Shown here one piece after another: positions 45,796 to 55,173 of a stretch of 64,000 nt of DNA; position 1 is the stretch's first letter, and the number at the start of each line of letters is the position of its first letter. The notes under the pieces are model-generated. The model did not search any database and was not told the DNA's origin. It saw only the letters and a program-made list of their open reading frames with translations. The stretch covers positions 30,618 through 94,617 of the forward strand of contig CAZCFM010000001.1 of NCBI GenBank assembly GCA_964497855.1, written 5' to 3'. The position numbers were made by a program, and so were the translations under genes. The DNA comes from an uncultured Verrucomicrobiota bacterium (GTDB lineage Bacteria > Verrucomicrobiota > Kiritimatiellia > SS1-B-03-39 > UBA6053).

Positions 45796-46875
45796 TCAGG
45801 GAAAGGCGGAACCCGTGCGGGGGCGGATGCGATAGTCTTCTGTGCGAAAACGATCGCGGTCGATCACAGGAGAAGGCGGTGGGGCGGAGACGGCGGGCTG
45901 GGAAAAGGCCACAGGCTGGAGGGGCGGAGAAAAGGGGACGGGCATGGCGATCGCCGTCGGAGCGTTGGCGCGGCTGTCGGGAAGGGGTGAAATGCCAAGC
46001 GTGGAGGGGCTGGAGGCGGGGGAGAAGGAAGGGCGGGAGGAAATGCCGTCGGAAAAGGGAGAGGCGGCATCAGGACGCTGCCATTGGGTCTGCACGGCCT
46101 GGAATTCGGCGCGGCTGCGTTCGAAGGCGCGATCGGCGGCGGAACTGGGGAGGCTCATGGCCTGAACCGAGTCCATGCGCAGGGCGGAGGGCAGTGGCGA
46201 GGCTCCGGAAACATTCCCGGATGCGGGAGAAATCGTGGTGGCCTCCACACGCGTGTCTCCCGTCAAAGGCGTCCGAGTGGCGGGACTGGAGATTTCACTC
46301 ACGACAGGAGCCATGGTCAGCCCCGTCGTTACAGGGATGCTGGGGGATAGCGCAGCTTGGGACTGCGGATTTTCTGTTTTGGCTTCTTCTTGTTTTTCTT
46401 CGGGAGTTTGAAGCTCCTTCTCGATCAGGGTTTCCTGCAAGTTGGACCAATCCGTAGGGCTGTCTTTATCGTCCCCTGCGGGCTCCAAGGAAAACTCCTC
46501 CAACTCCTTTTTTCCAATGAGGTCGTCATCGCTGAGGAAATCCAGGGGTTTGAGCCAGGAGCTTTCTTTTTCTTTTTCCTCATGCAGGGGGGCCGCGGTC
46601 GTTTGCAGGGTTGGGGCAATGTTCTGCATCGGAAGCAGGTTGCCTCCAAAGGAGCTGCTCTGGGTGCGAAACCCGCCCGTGCCCGCCGAGGGCAGGTATT
46701 CAGGTTCATTTCGGCGTTCCACCCGTGGACTTTCCCAAGCCCCCGGCACATGGATCGGGCGCTGATCATACACACGGAAGGTTGACTTTCGCCGCAGGGG
46801 GGGCGAAGCTTCATCGGCTCCAGCCAACGTGGCCAGGAGCAGGAACATCCATCCATGCATGCGTAAGGTTTTCAT
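45796..46875 (-). CDS. secreted Ser/Pro/Thr-rich, probably disordered protein
   Basis: Signal-like MKTLRMHGWMFLLLATLAGA, followed by low-complexity S/P/T/E-rich sequence. Start is uncertain (46911 or 46875). Coding status is supported mainly by length and the absence of a better frame. Confidence 0.5.
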   Translation of the reverse strand: MKTLRMHGWMFLLLATLAGADEASPPLRRKSTFRVYDQRPIHVPGAWESPRVERRNEPEYLPSAGTGGFRTQSSSFGGNLLPMQNIAPTLQTTAAPLHEEKEKESSWLKPLDFLSDDDLIGKKELEEFSLEPAGDDKDSPTDWSNLQETLIEKELQTPEEKQEEAKTENPQSQAALSPSIPVTTGLTMAPVVSEISSPATRTPLTGDTRVEATTISPASGNVSGASPLPSALRMDSVQAMSLPSSAADRAFERSRAEFQAVQTQWQRPDAASPFSDGISSRPSFSPASSPSTLGISPLPDSRANAPTAIAMPVPFSPPLQPVAFSQPAVSAPPPSPVIDRDRFRTEDYRIRPRTGSAFP

Positions 46876-46891
46876 GTCTTGTAGAGTACCC

Positions 46892-48355
46892 ATGAAATCT
46901 GGCCGGGTCAAACGCCCTTTTCAGCTCATTCTCTTCTGCCTGTCGTTTTCAGCCTACGCGGGGGACCTGCAACTGCGCCTCAGCGGCGACCGCCTCTCCC
47001 TGAACGCTCAAAACGCAAGCCTTGCGCAGGTGCTCGACGCCTTCGCCTCCTACGGCATCCAGGTCGAGGCTCCGGAAAATATGGACCTTCGTTTCTCGCT
47101 TCGTTTCGAGGACCGCCCGCTTGACGACGCCCTGCGCGATCTGCTCGACGACATCAACCACGTCACCCTCTGGCGCGAGTTCAAGGTCGGCACAGGCAAC
47201 ATGATCGTGCTCGAAGGCATTCGCATTGCTCCAGCCGGCCTGCCAGCAGAGGCCCTGCGACGTGTGGCTCCACCCCTGCCCCGCGTCATCATGCTGCCCG
47301 ATGGTAGTCAGGCGCGTGCCGACGAACTCCTCGTCGGACTCCGTCCCGGTGTCACCCCGGAAAGCTTCCGCGCCTTGCTGAATTCCATGGGAGCGCATGT
47401 CATCGACGCCGACCCTGGTCTCGGCATTTACCGCATTCGCCTGCCCGCCGGCTCCCACCTTCCCGATATCCTGGAGCGCCTTTCCCGCGAAAACAGTGTT
47501 GCCGCCGCCGAACCCAATCGCGTCTGGTCAAGTCCCAGTCCCGTTTTCAGCGCCAGTTCCATCCCCGCCGTCTCCGCCAACGCCGCCGCTCCCGCAAACA
47601 GCTCCCCTGCCCTCGCCATTTTCGATTCCGGGCTGCACCCCGACTTCAAAGACGCCGCGTTTCTGCGCTCCGCCTACGACGCCACGGGACTCGAAAACAC
47701 GGACGACAGCGCCGGACACGGCACCCAAATGGCCCTGCTGGGCTCCGGCGTCATCTCCCCCCTCGGTCTGCCCCTGCCCGACACTCTCACCCCGGTCATC
47801 TCCATTCGAAGCATGGAGGCCGACGGCAAAACGACCACCTTCGGCGTACTCAAAGGCCTCACTTACGCCCGCGAACAGGGCGCACGCGTGGTCGGCATGA
47901 GCTGGGGAGCCTATGCCGAAAGCCGCTTTCTGGACAGCGCGTTTGCCGACGCCACATCCAAGGGCATGCTCCTTCTCGCCGCCGCCGGCAACGACGGACG
48001 CGACGAATTGATGTACCCCGCCTCTTCGGAACACGTCATCGCCGTCGGTGCTCTCGCTCAAAACGGGGCTCTTTGGAAAAAAAGCAACACAGGATCGGGG
48101 CTCAGCTTGCTGGTGCCCGGAGAGGCCATCCTGCCAATCGGTTTTCAAGGCGATCCCGGACGCTACGCAGGAACCTCCATCGCCACGGCTGCGGCGGCCA
48201 GCCTGTTAACCCAATTGACCGAACGGTATCCGCAGGCCGACAATAAAGAAATCCTTCGCCGAGTGCGCGAGAACACAATCAGCTCCAAATTCCCGGGCAC
48301 AGAGAATGCCCGGGTTTTAGATGCAGAGGCCCTCAGGCGACTCCAAAGCCCCTAA
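46892..48355 (+). CDS. S8 (subtilisin-like) serine peptidase with N-terminal STN-like domain
   Basis: Catalytic triad regions AIFDSGL (Asp), DSAGHGTQMA (His), GTSIATAAAA (Ser). Signal peptide MKSGRVKRPFQLILFCLSFSAYA. N-terminal LSLNAQNASLAQVLDAFASYGIQVE..DRPLDDALRDLL resembles a secretin/TonB short N-terminal (STN) module (tentative). Confidence 0.85.
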   Translation: MKSGRVKRPFQLILFCLSFSAYAGDLQLRLSGDRLSLNAQNASLAQVLDAFASYGIQVEAPENMDLRFSLRFEDRPLDDALRDLLDDINHVTLWREFKVGTGNMIVLEGIRIAPAGLPAEALRRVAPPLPRVIMLPDGSQARADELLVGLRPGVTPESFRALLNSMGAHVIDADPGLGIYRIRLPAGSHLPDILERLSRENSVAAAEPNRVWSSPSPVFSASSIPAVSANAAAPANSSPALAIFDSGLHPDFKDAAFLRSAYDATGLENTDDSAGHGTQMALLGSGVISPLGLPLPDTLTPVISIRSMEADGKTTTFGVLKGLTYAREQGARVVGMSWGAYAESRFLDSAFADATSKGMLLLAAAGNDGRDELMYPASSEHVIAVGALAQNGALWKKSNTGSGLSLLVPGEAILPIGFQGDPGRYAGTSIATAAAASLLTQLTERYPQADNKEILRRVRENTISSKFPGTENARVLDAEALRRLQSP

Positions 48356-48365
48356 CGAGACTCCC

Positions 48366-48689
48366 TCAATAGGCGTCGTCGTCGTCTTCTTCGCCTTCGT
48401 CCAACTCGTCGTCTTCGAGAATTTCGTCCTCGTCCCCAAATTCACCTTCTTCTTCTTCGAAAGCCAGAGGATCGGTCGGATCCAGACCCTCGTTGTCAAT
48501 AACTTCAATCATCCGCTGGATGATTTTGGAGAAATCTTTCAACCCAGTGGCGGGAACGATGATGGTATCCCGATGACCCCGAACATCCTCGGTGATGCGC
48601 AGCAGGATGCCCCGGCGGTTTTCCTTCAAATCAAAGAAAAACAACTTGCGTTCAATTTGAATTTTGTCGCTGGCGATAGTGTCTTCCAT
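48366..48689 (-). CDS. PUR-alpha-like (DUF3276) nucleic-acid-binding protein with polyacidic C-terminal tail
   Basis: KIQIERKLFFFDLKENRRGILLRITEDVRGHRDTIIVPATGLKDF matches the bacterial Pur repeat pattern. Tail is EEEEGEFGDEDEILEDDELDEGEEDDDDAY. Start MEDTIASD (ATG 48687-48689). Confidence 0.7.
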   Translation of the reverse strand: MEDTIASDKIQIERKLFFFDLKENRRGILLRITEDVRGHRDTIIVPATGLKDFSKIIQRMIEVIDNEGLDPTDPLAFEEEEGEFGDEDEILEDDELDEGEEDDDDAY

Positions 48690-48882
48690 AATTTCTTCCT
48701 TCGGGATTCCCTCTCCAAGAATCCCAACATGACTTTCGTCTAGGGTTGATTCGTAAGCCGGAGCAGACAACGGGTATCGTCCCGCACCCGGCACTGTGGG
48801 GTAGTGGTCTTCTGAAAAATGAATCAGAATTGCAAGTGATTCCTTTCAAAAAATCACAGGGGATAGTATATGTCATCGACTC

Positions 48883-51507
48883 ATGAATGGCAACACTCAA
48901 AATTGCATACATTATGCAAAAAAACGGGCAACTCTCTCTATAGCAGTAGGTTTAGCCCTTTTTTTCCTGGCGCTGTCCCTGCGCTCCGTTGGCCTTTTCC
49001 ACGGTTTGGACCGGGGCTTGACTTTTCACCCCGACGCAACGAAACAGGTGCAAGCCGTACGAAACTTTATGGACGGCACCTTCGTGTGGTACACCGATTC
49101 CCTGGCCTACGACGGCTATCCCTATGGCTTGAATCATGTCGACGCCGTGCTCCTGCGCGGCCTCTGGCCCCTGGTCCGGGGCCTCTCGGAAAACCTCAGC
49201 CCCACCTTGGCCCTGCCTGAAATCCCGGAGCGGAACACTCTTTTTTTCCTCTGCCGCATGCTCCGCGTCTTCTACGGAATGATCGCCTTTTGCGCCCTGG
49301 CCTGGGCCTTGCGACGCCGCGAGGTCCCAACCCACTGGCGCTGGTTGATCCTCCTGGCCGCAGCCACCGCCCCCCTCCTCAGCACCGTCACCCACAGCGC
49401 CAGCGGCGACGTGGGCACCGATCTGTTCGTCATGCTCGCCCTGGCCTTCCTCGCTCCCGCACGCCTCCGGCCTTCCGCATCCGCCTTCTTCCTCTGCGGC
49501 ATCATGATCGGCTGTGCGTTTGCCAGCAAATACCACGGACTTCTCGCCGCCGCCACCCCCGGACTCCTCCTGCTCCTCCAACCCTGGTCCTGGCGCATCC
49601 GCATCCGCCTCGGAGCCCTCTGCGGACTCGGTGCCCTCGGCGGCTTTGCCCTCCTCACCCCTGCCCTGTTCATCCGTTTCGGTCGCACCCTCAAACTCAT
49701 CCGCGAAAACTTCCGCTACATCAAAGCCTACGGCGTCGATTCCTCTTTTTTCGATCTTCCCCTCCAGGAAAGGCTCCTCCTGAGCCTCCGCTCCAATCTC
49801 CCTACCGTGACCTGGGCCCTGGGCTCCGCCCTGCTGCTCTGCGCCTTCGCTCTGCTGCTCTTCTGCATCTGCCGATTCATGCGCACTCGCCGAAATCCCT
49901 CCGGCGATCTGGCCTGGGACCTCTCCGTTTTGGCGATGCCCTTTATCGCCCTGATCCTCGCCCTCATCGGCAAACCCCAAATCCAACCCTTCCACTTCAG
50001 CTTCCTCGCACTGCCCCTGCTCCTCGGCGTCGGCGGAGCCCTCCTCCTGCTGCCGCCCCGACTCCGCCTGCTCCCCGCCTGCGCCCTTCTGGCCCTCCTC
50101 GCCGACCACGCCTCCATCCAACGCAACGAACTCTTTGTCTGGCCCCGCGAAGACACCCGACAAAGTGCTTTCCGAGTCTCGGAAGAACTCCTCCTCCCCC
50201 TTTCCGATGTTCGGAACTTCCAAGACTTCGGCCCCATCATCCTCGAAGGCCCCAATCTCGCCGTTTTCCGCAACAGCCCTCAACGCATCCGCCTTCCCGA
50301 GACCTCCGACTGGCTCGCCGCCCCCCGCGAAGCCCTGCCCGCCATTCCCTACGATCTCGGTGATGACTGGCTCTTCCTCCACCTGCCTTCCTTCGCCCGC
50401 GACTCCCGCTTGATCCATCTCCGTCACAACCAGGCCTGGTCCCGGCATCTCATCGACTACTCCCAGCTCGACCACATCCCCCTCCACATTCAGGCGGGAG
50501 AACTCCCGGTCACCTTCGACGCCCGCCTCAATGGCATTCCCCACTCCCTGCGACTGCTGCCCGGCGAAACCGCCCTCTTGAGCATCGACGCCACACGCGG
50601 CCACTCATTTGAACGCAACGGAACCCAGGCCCGCCGACATTCGCTGGAGCTGCGCGCACGCGGCGGCGATCTGCTTCTCCGTGTGGGTGAACCCGACGCC
50701 CCCGGCGATCCCGAACGCGTCCTCCGCAAACTCGCCCGATCCCGCTATCTCGACGGAACCCTGCATTTCCCGCACTTTCATCGCGACGCCACCCTGCTCG
50801 ACGCCCAGCACCTGCCCCCCGCCCGATACCGACTCGACATCGATTGGCCCCGCGACGTTCCGCCCCCCATCCTCCACATCGAAAACGCCCAACTCCCCGA
50901 CGCCGGCACCCGGCTCCGCCTGCAAACCCAACGCAACGACGACCGCGTCTCCGTCGAATGGACCCAACCCGGCGACGCCCTGTTCACGCGACTCCGCCTC
51001 GAATTTGGTCCCGCCGGATCCCGTGCCCTTCCCTGGACCCTTCGCCCCATCTCGCCAGCTCTCCCCACAGAAACAGCACCCGACATCGGCAAAAATTTCG
51101 CTTTCACGCCCGCAGCCGAATACGACGGCGGCGACATTTCCATTGGCGCATTCCGCTGGCCGGCCCGTCTTGCCCACAACGAGCCCCTCCGACTCCAGGT
51201 CCGCGCCACACTTCGTCCAGAAGCAGCAGACCTGCGCGGCGAACGCGTCCTCTACGTCCATCTGCTCGACAGCGTCGGACGCCAGGTCTACGCCCGCGAC
51301 ATTCCCCTCGCCCGCATCGCCCCCCCCGAATCGTCGCACGACATCGTCCACGACCTCGGCATTCCCCCGCTGCCTCCCGGAACCTACCGCTTCACCCTCG
51401 GACTCTACGATCCCCGCATCCGGGTCCGACTGCGTCCCCGCATCCTCGAAGGCGCACGCGCCCCCGAGAACCGCCTCGACATCGGCACACTTGTCATCGA
51501 AGAGTGA
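48883..51507 (+). CDS. large polytopic membrane protein (GT-C/ArnT-like N-terminal half suspected) with ~450 aa soluble C-terminal domain
   Basis: About 12 hydrophobic segments in the first ~420 aa, then a hydrophilic domain. No confidently named motif. Confidence 0.6.
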   Translation: MNGNTQNCIHYAKKRATLSIAVGLALFFLALSLRSVGLFHGLDRGLTFHPDATKQVQAVRNFMDGTFVWYTDSLAYDGYPYGLNHVDAVLLRGLWPLVRGLSENLSPTLALPEIPERNTLFFLCRMLRVFYGMIAFCALAWALRRREVPTHWRWLILLAAATAPLLSTVTHSASGDVGTDLFVMLALAFLAPARLRPSASAFFLCGIMIGCAFASKYHGLLAAATPGLLLLLQPWSWRIRIRLGALCGLGALGGFALLTPALFIRFGRTLKLIRENFRYIKAYGVDSSFFDLPLQERLLLSLRSNLPTVTWALGSALLLCAFALLLFCICRFMRTRRNPSGDLAWDLSVLAMPFIALILALIGKPQIQPFHFSFLALPLLLGVGGALLLLPPRLRLLPACALLALLADHASIQRNELFVWPREDTRQSAFRVSEELLLPLSDVRNFQDFGPIILEGPNLAVFRNSPQRIRLPETSDWLAAPREALPAIPYDLGDDWLFLHLPSFARDSRLIHLRHNQAWSRHLIDYSQLDHIPLHIQAGELPVTFDARLNGIPHSLRLLPGETALLSIDATRGHSFERNGTQARRHSLELRARGGDLLLRVGEPDAPGDPERVLRKLARSRYLDGTLHFPHFHRDATLLDAQHLPPARYRLDIDWPRDVPPPILHIENAQLPDAGTRLRLQTQRNDDRVSVEWTQPGDALFTRLRLEFGPAGSRALPWTLRPISPALPTETAPDIGKNFAFTPAAEYDGGDISIGAFRWPARLAHNEPLRLQVRATLRPEAADLRGERVLYVHLLDSVGRQVYARDIPLARIAPPESSHDIVHDLGIPPLPPGTYRFTLGLYDPRIRVRLRPRILEGARAPENRLDIGTLVIEE

Positions 51508-52507
51508 AGCCAAGAATTTCGCGCATGACCTCCAACACATGGGCGGCCAGCTCGCCGTTGGCCTGGTGGGGCTGTCCGGCTTCAATGGCGCTCACCATGT
51601 CGGCCACACCCAGTCCGCGACTGTTTTCGGAGTAACTGTTGACGTAGGGGAGTTTGGTTTCTTCGCCTTTTTTCACCACGACCACGTCGCCGCCGAAGGT
51701 GTTCGGATCCGGTACCCGAAGTCCGGCATCGGTTCCGCTCAGCATGATGGGGGGGAGGCCGGGATTCACGCCGTCGAAGGAGGTGATCAGTGTGCCCACC
51801 GCGCCGCATTCGAAGTCCAGCAGGGCCGAGACGTGGGTGTCGATTTCCACCGGAACCACCGTGCCGTTCAGGGGTTTGCTGGTGATGGTGCGGGTTGGGA
51901 AGGTCTTGCGGTTCATGGCCTGCACGGAACGGATTTTCCCGAGAATTGCCACCATGGCGGTCAGGTAATAGGGCCCCATGTCCATCATCGGACCTCCGCC
52001 CTGCTGGTAATAAAAGGCCGGAGCCGGATGCCAGCTTTCGTGCCCCCGGCAGATCATGTGGCCCATGGCGGCGACGGGTTGACCGATCAGACCGTCCTTC
52101 ACCGCCTGCACGGCGGTTTGAATGCCCGCGCCGAGAAAGGTGTCGGGCGCACAACCCAGCCGCAGCCCGTGGGCGGAGGCCTCGCGTTGAAGTTCGGCGG
52201 CTTGCTCCGAGGTCAGGGCCATGGGCTTTTCAGAATAGTGGTGCTTGCCCGCCCGAAGGCAGGCGAGTCCCACCGGATGGTGCGCCTGCGGAATGGTCAG
52301 GTTCAGAACCAACCCGATTTCCGGGTCGGCCAGCAAACCCTCCACGGACAGCGCGCGCACGCCGGGATGACTGTCTGCAATGGCCTGTGCCTTGGCGGGA
52401 TCCAGATCCGCGCAGGCGCTCAGCGTCACGTGAGGCCAACGTCCCGAAGTGAAATTTTTGACGTAGATGCCGCTGATGTTTCCGCAGCCGATGATGCCGA
52501 TTTTCAT
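51494..52507 (-). CDS. Gfo/Idh/MocA family NAD(P)-dependent oxidoreductase
   Basis: MKIGIIGCGNISGIY Rossmann start and an EKP motif (HYSEKPMAL). 337 aa. Confidence 0.9.
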   Translation of the reverse strand: MKIGIIGCGNISGIYVKNFTSGRWPHVTLSACADLDPAKAQAIADSHPGVRALSVEGLLADPEIGLVLNLTIPQAHHPVGLACLRAGKHHYSEKPMALTSEQAAELQREASAHGLRLGCAPDTFLGAGIQTAVQAVKDGLIGQPVAAMGHMICRGHESWHPAPAFYYQQGGGPMMDMGPYYLTAMVAILGKIRSVQAMNRKTFPTRTITSKPLNGTVVPVEIDTHVSALLDFECGAVGTLITSFDGVNPGLPPIMLSGTDAGLRVPDPNTFGGDVVVVKKGEETKLPYVNSYSENSRGLGVADMVSAIEAGQPHQANGELAAHVLEVMREILGFTLR

Positions 52508-52738
52508 ACGTGTGAACTCTTTGTTTTAGAACATTTTTTCGTTGGAATCTGAGCGAATTCGCTCGATGTAGAACTTTTGACATCATATCAGAGCTATATT
52601 CCCATTGAAATGGATGGAATGATTTAAGATATGGATTTTTTGACATGTCATCTAGGCCACCTCCCCCGCAACAATCCCGAAACCGCCTCACGCGCTCCAA
52701 ACGCGACAAGCGATTTCCTATCCATAAATGGAGCCACC

Positions 52739-53704
52739 ATGAAATTCGCCCTGCGCTTGATCCTGCTTGCCACCACCCTGTCGCTCGTCGCGCCCTCCGC
52801 AACAGCGGCCGTGAACGAAGTGGCGAAGTCCCCGGAGCTGTCCGTGGACAACAACTCATTCACACTATCCCTGCAAGGCTCGCTGGGCCTGGCCCAGGGA
52901 GAAGCGCGTGAAGTGGTCTACGATTATGATGAGGTGGGCCGCCGCGTCAAAGTGAGCGAGCTGATCTGGGACATAGAAAACGTCGTCATGCTGGGCGGCA
53001 CCTTGTCCGCGAAGATCGGCCAACGCTACAAGCTTGAAGGCACTTTTAGGATGGCGGTGACGGAAGGCGAAGGCCAGATGGAGAATTTCGACTGGTTGTC
53101 CGAGGGGTCCGACTGGACGGACTTTTCGCTCAGCGATGTAGAGGTGAAGGACACCTACAGCTTCGACCTCCGGGCCTCAGCAGAATTTTACCGCAGACAG
53201 AGCGTGGGTCTCTCCGCCGTGCTCGGATACCGGCAGGATCACTGGGGCTGGGAAGACCAGCTGCTCAGCTGGATCTACAGCACGGATGGCTTCCGCGATG
53301 ACATCGGCGAAGGCGACGGCAGCACATCCATCACCTATGAGCAGACCTTCTTCATCCCCTACGCTGGACTCGCCCTGACCCTGCAAAACGGCCCCTTCAG
53401 CGGCGAAGTCTTCTTCCACTACAGCCCGTTCGTGACGGCGGAGGACGACGACCTCCACCTGCTGCGCGAAACCCGATTCCAGGTGGAAGCCGATGGCGGC
53501 GACTACTATGGCTTCGGGCTGCGCGGCACCTACGCAATCACCCCCCGCTGGACGGTCGGCGTCGCCGCCGAGTGGCAGATCATCGAAGAGTTGATCGGCG
53601 ACACGACCCTAACCGACCCCGACGGGACGATCGTCGTCGAGGACAGCGGCGGCATCTCCAGCGACTGGGCGCTGTTCTCCGTGTCCCTGGGCTACAGGTT
53701 CTAG
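52739..53704 (+). CDS. omptin (OmpT/Pla) family outer-membrane aspartyl protease
   Basis: Signal peptide MKFALRLILLATTLSLVAPSATA. Colinear with OmpT as recalled: GEAREVVYDYDEVGRRVKVSELIWDIENV, ENFDWL, TAEDDDLHLLRETRF (cf. OmpT AHDNDEHYMRDLTF, Asp210/His212 pair), and C-terminal SLGYRF (cf. GLQYRF). Confidence 0.8.
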   Translation: MKFALRLILLATTLSLVAPSATAAVNEVAKSPELSVDNNSFTLSLQGSLGLAQGEAREVVYDYDEVGRRVKVSELIWDIENVVMLGGTLSAKIGQRYKLEGTFRMAVTEGEGQMENFDWLSEGSDWTDFSLSDVEVKDTYSFDLRASAEFYRRQSVGLSAVLGYRQDHWGWEDQLLSWIYSTDGFRDDIGEGDGSTSITYEQTFFIPYAGLALTLQNGPFSGEVFFHYSPFVTAEDDDLHLLRETRFQVEADGGDYYGFGLRGTYAITPRWTVGVAAEWQIIEELIGDTTLTDPDGTIVVEDSGGISSDWALFSVSLGYRF

Positions 53705-53719
53705 CCCGAAACACCCCAC

Positions 53720-54498
53720 ATGACACGACCCTTTCAGACAAAAGCATTCATCACCCGGCATTTTTTCATACTGGCTTTCCCTTTCGTGCTGCTCCTCGCG
53801 CTTTGGTGGCCGTCGCTCGGCGCAAGCGGGGGTCTGCTTCGCTCTGAACACACGGGGAAATTTGCGGTGGCTCTGGTGTTTCTGGTCCAGGGACTCACCC
53901 TGTCCCGTCGCCAGATCCTGGCGGGAGCTCTCAATCCACGTTTTCAAGTGTTGACACAAGGATTTATATTCGTCGGGTTTCCGCTTATGGGCATGCTGCT
54001 GATGTATGTGTTGGGTTCCCCATCCTCCGATCCCTGAGCCTGATGATTCTGGCCCCGCTTCTCCTGGGGAACGCGCTTCGCCTCACGCGCCTTCGCGATT
54101 TCGCCGAATCCAACGCCGCCGCCCTGCGTTTGCTGAACACCTCCGTGATTTTGTTCATCGTACTCACCGCTTTCTCAAACGCGGTTCAGAATGACATTTT
54201 ACAGGAACAAACCCCGGCGGCGATCACGATGGCCCTGCTGGTCAGTTTATTGTTCTTTGTCATCTCCACCGGAATCACCCGAGGATTGGGAGGGCTGTTT
54301 CTCCGGGACGCCAAAGACCGGCTGGCGATCTGCTTCAGCGCCCCGCAAAAGTCCATGGCCACCGGCATCCCCATGATCGTGGTGATGATCGGCGATCCCT
54401 CTCGGGTGGGGGCCCTGATTCTTCCCGTGCTGATCTATCACCAAATCCAACTCCTCCTCGGCGGATTTCTCGCCTCGAAGCTGCATCATGAATCCTGA
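53720..54498 (+). pseudogene. bile acid:sodium symporter (BASS/YfeH-like) family gene, disrupted by an internal deletion/frameshift
   Basis: Two adjacent ORFs (53720..54037, 54043..54498) match the N-terminal (~100 aa: ..FLVQGLTLSRRQILAG..FPLMGMLL) and C-terminal (~150 aa: ..ICFSAPQKSMATGIPM..LPVLIYHQIQLLLG) parts of a ~320 aa family. About 100 aa of the middle is missing. Confidence 0.7.
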
Positions 54499-54976
54499 CA
54501 GGGTGTTTCACAACATCAAGGACTACGGGGGAAATCCCGGGCGCATTTTTATCAGCGGGCACTCCGCGGGCTGTTACCTCGGCGACCTCGTGGTCATGGA
54601 CAAATCGTATTTGGCCGCCCACGGAATCGACGCCAACCGAATCGCCGGAAACATCTCCATGAGCGCCCACAAGGCCACTCATTTTGTGATTCGCGAAGCG
54701 ATGGGCCTCCCCGCCCACCGCACGGTGGTGGACGCATTGGCACCGCTGTATCATGTCCGCGCGGACGCAGCGCCGACCCTCTTGATCACGGGCGACCGGG
54801 AGCTGGAAATTCCGGGTCGCTACGAGGAAAACGCCCTGTTCAGGCGGATGATGCGCCTGGCGGGACATCCTGACATCGATCTGATCGAAATACCAGGGAC
54901 GGACCACGGAGGCATGGTGGTCCCGGCGTTCTCCCATTTCCTTCCCTTTATCCGGCGGGTCGGAGCCGCGACATAA
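54488..54976 (+). pseudogene. alpha/beta-hydrolase (esterase) gene lacking its N-terminal third
   Basis: Starts just before the nucleophile elbow (GNPGRIFISGHSAGCYL), and retains the Asp/His region (LITGDRE...GTDHGGM). No upstream oxyanion-hole segment in any frame. Overlaps the symporter remnant by 11 nt. Confidence 0.6.
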
Positions 54977-55173
54977 AGGGCCCGTGCATTTTAACATTTC
55001 CTTCCTCAAGACTTTCTCTTTTCGTGCTTTGGCTTTCCGGAATCGGCTGATGCCCCTCGAAGCGTTGGTTCGATGACCCACACGAATGTCAACCACTAGA
55101 TATCGCGGACCCCTTTCCCGGAAAAGCGCCGATTGACCTTATCCGTCGGATCGGATACCCTCTTTCCACCCTC

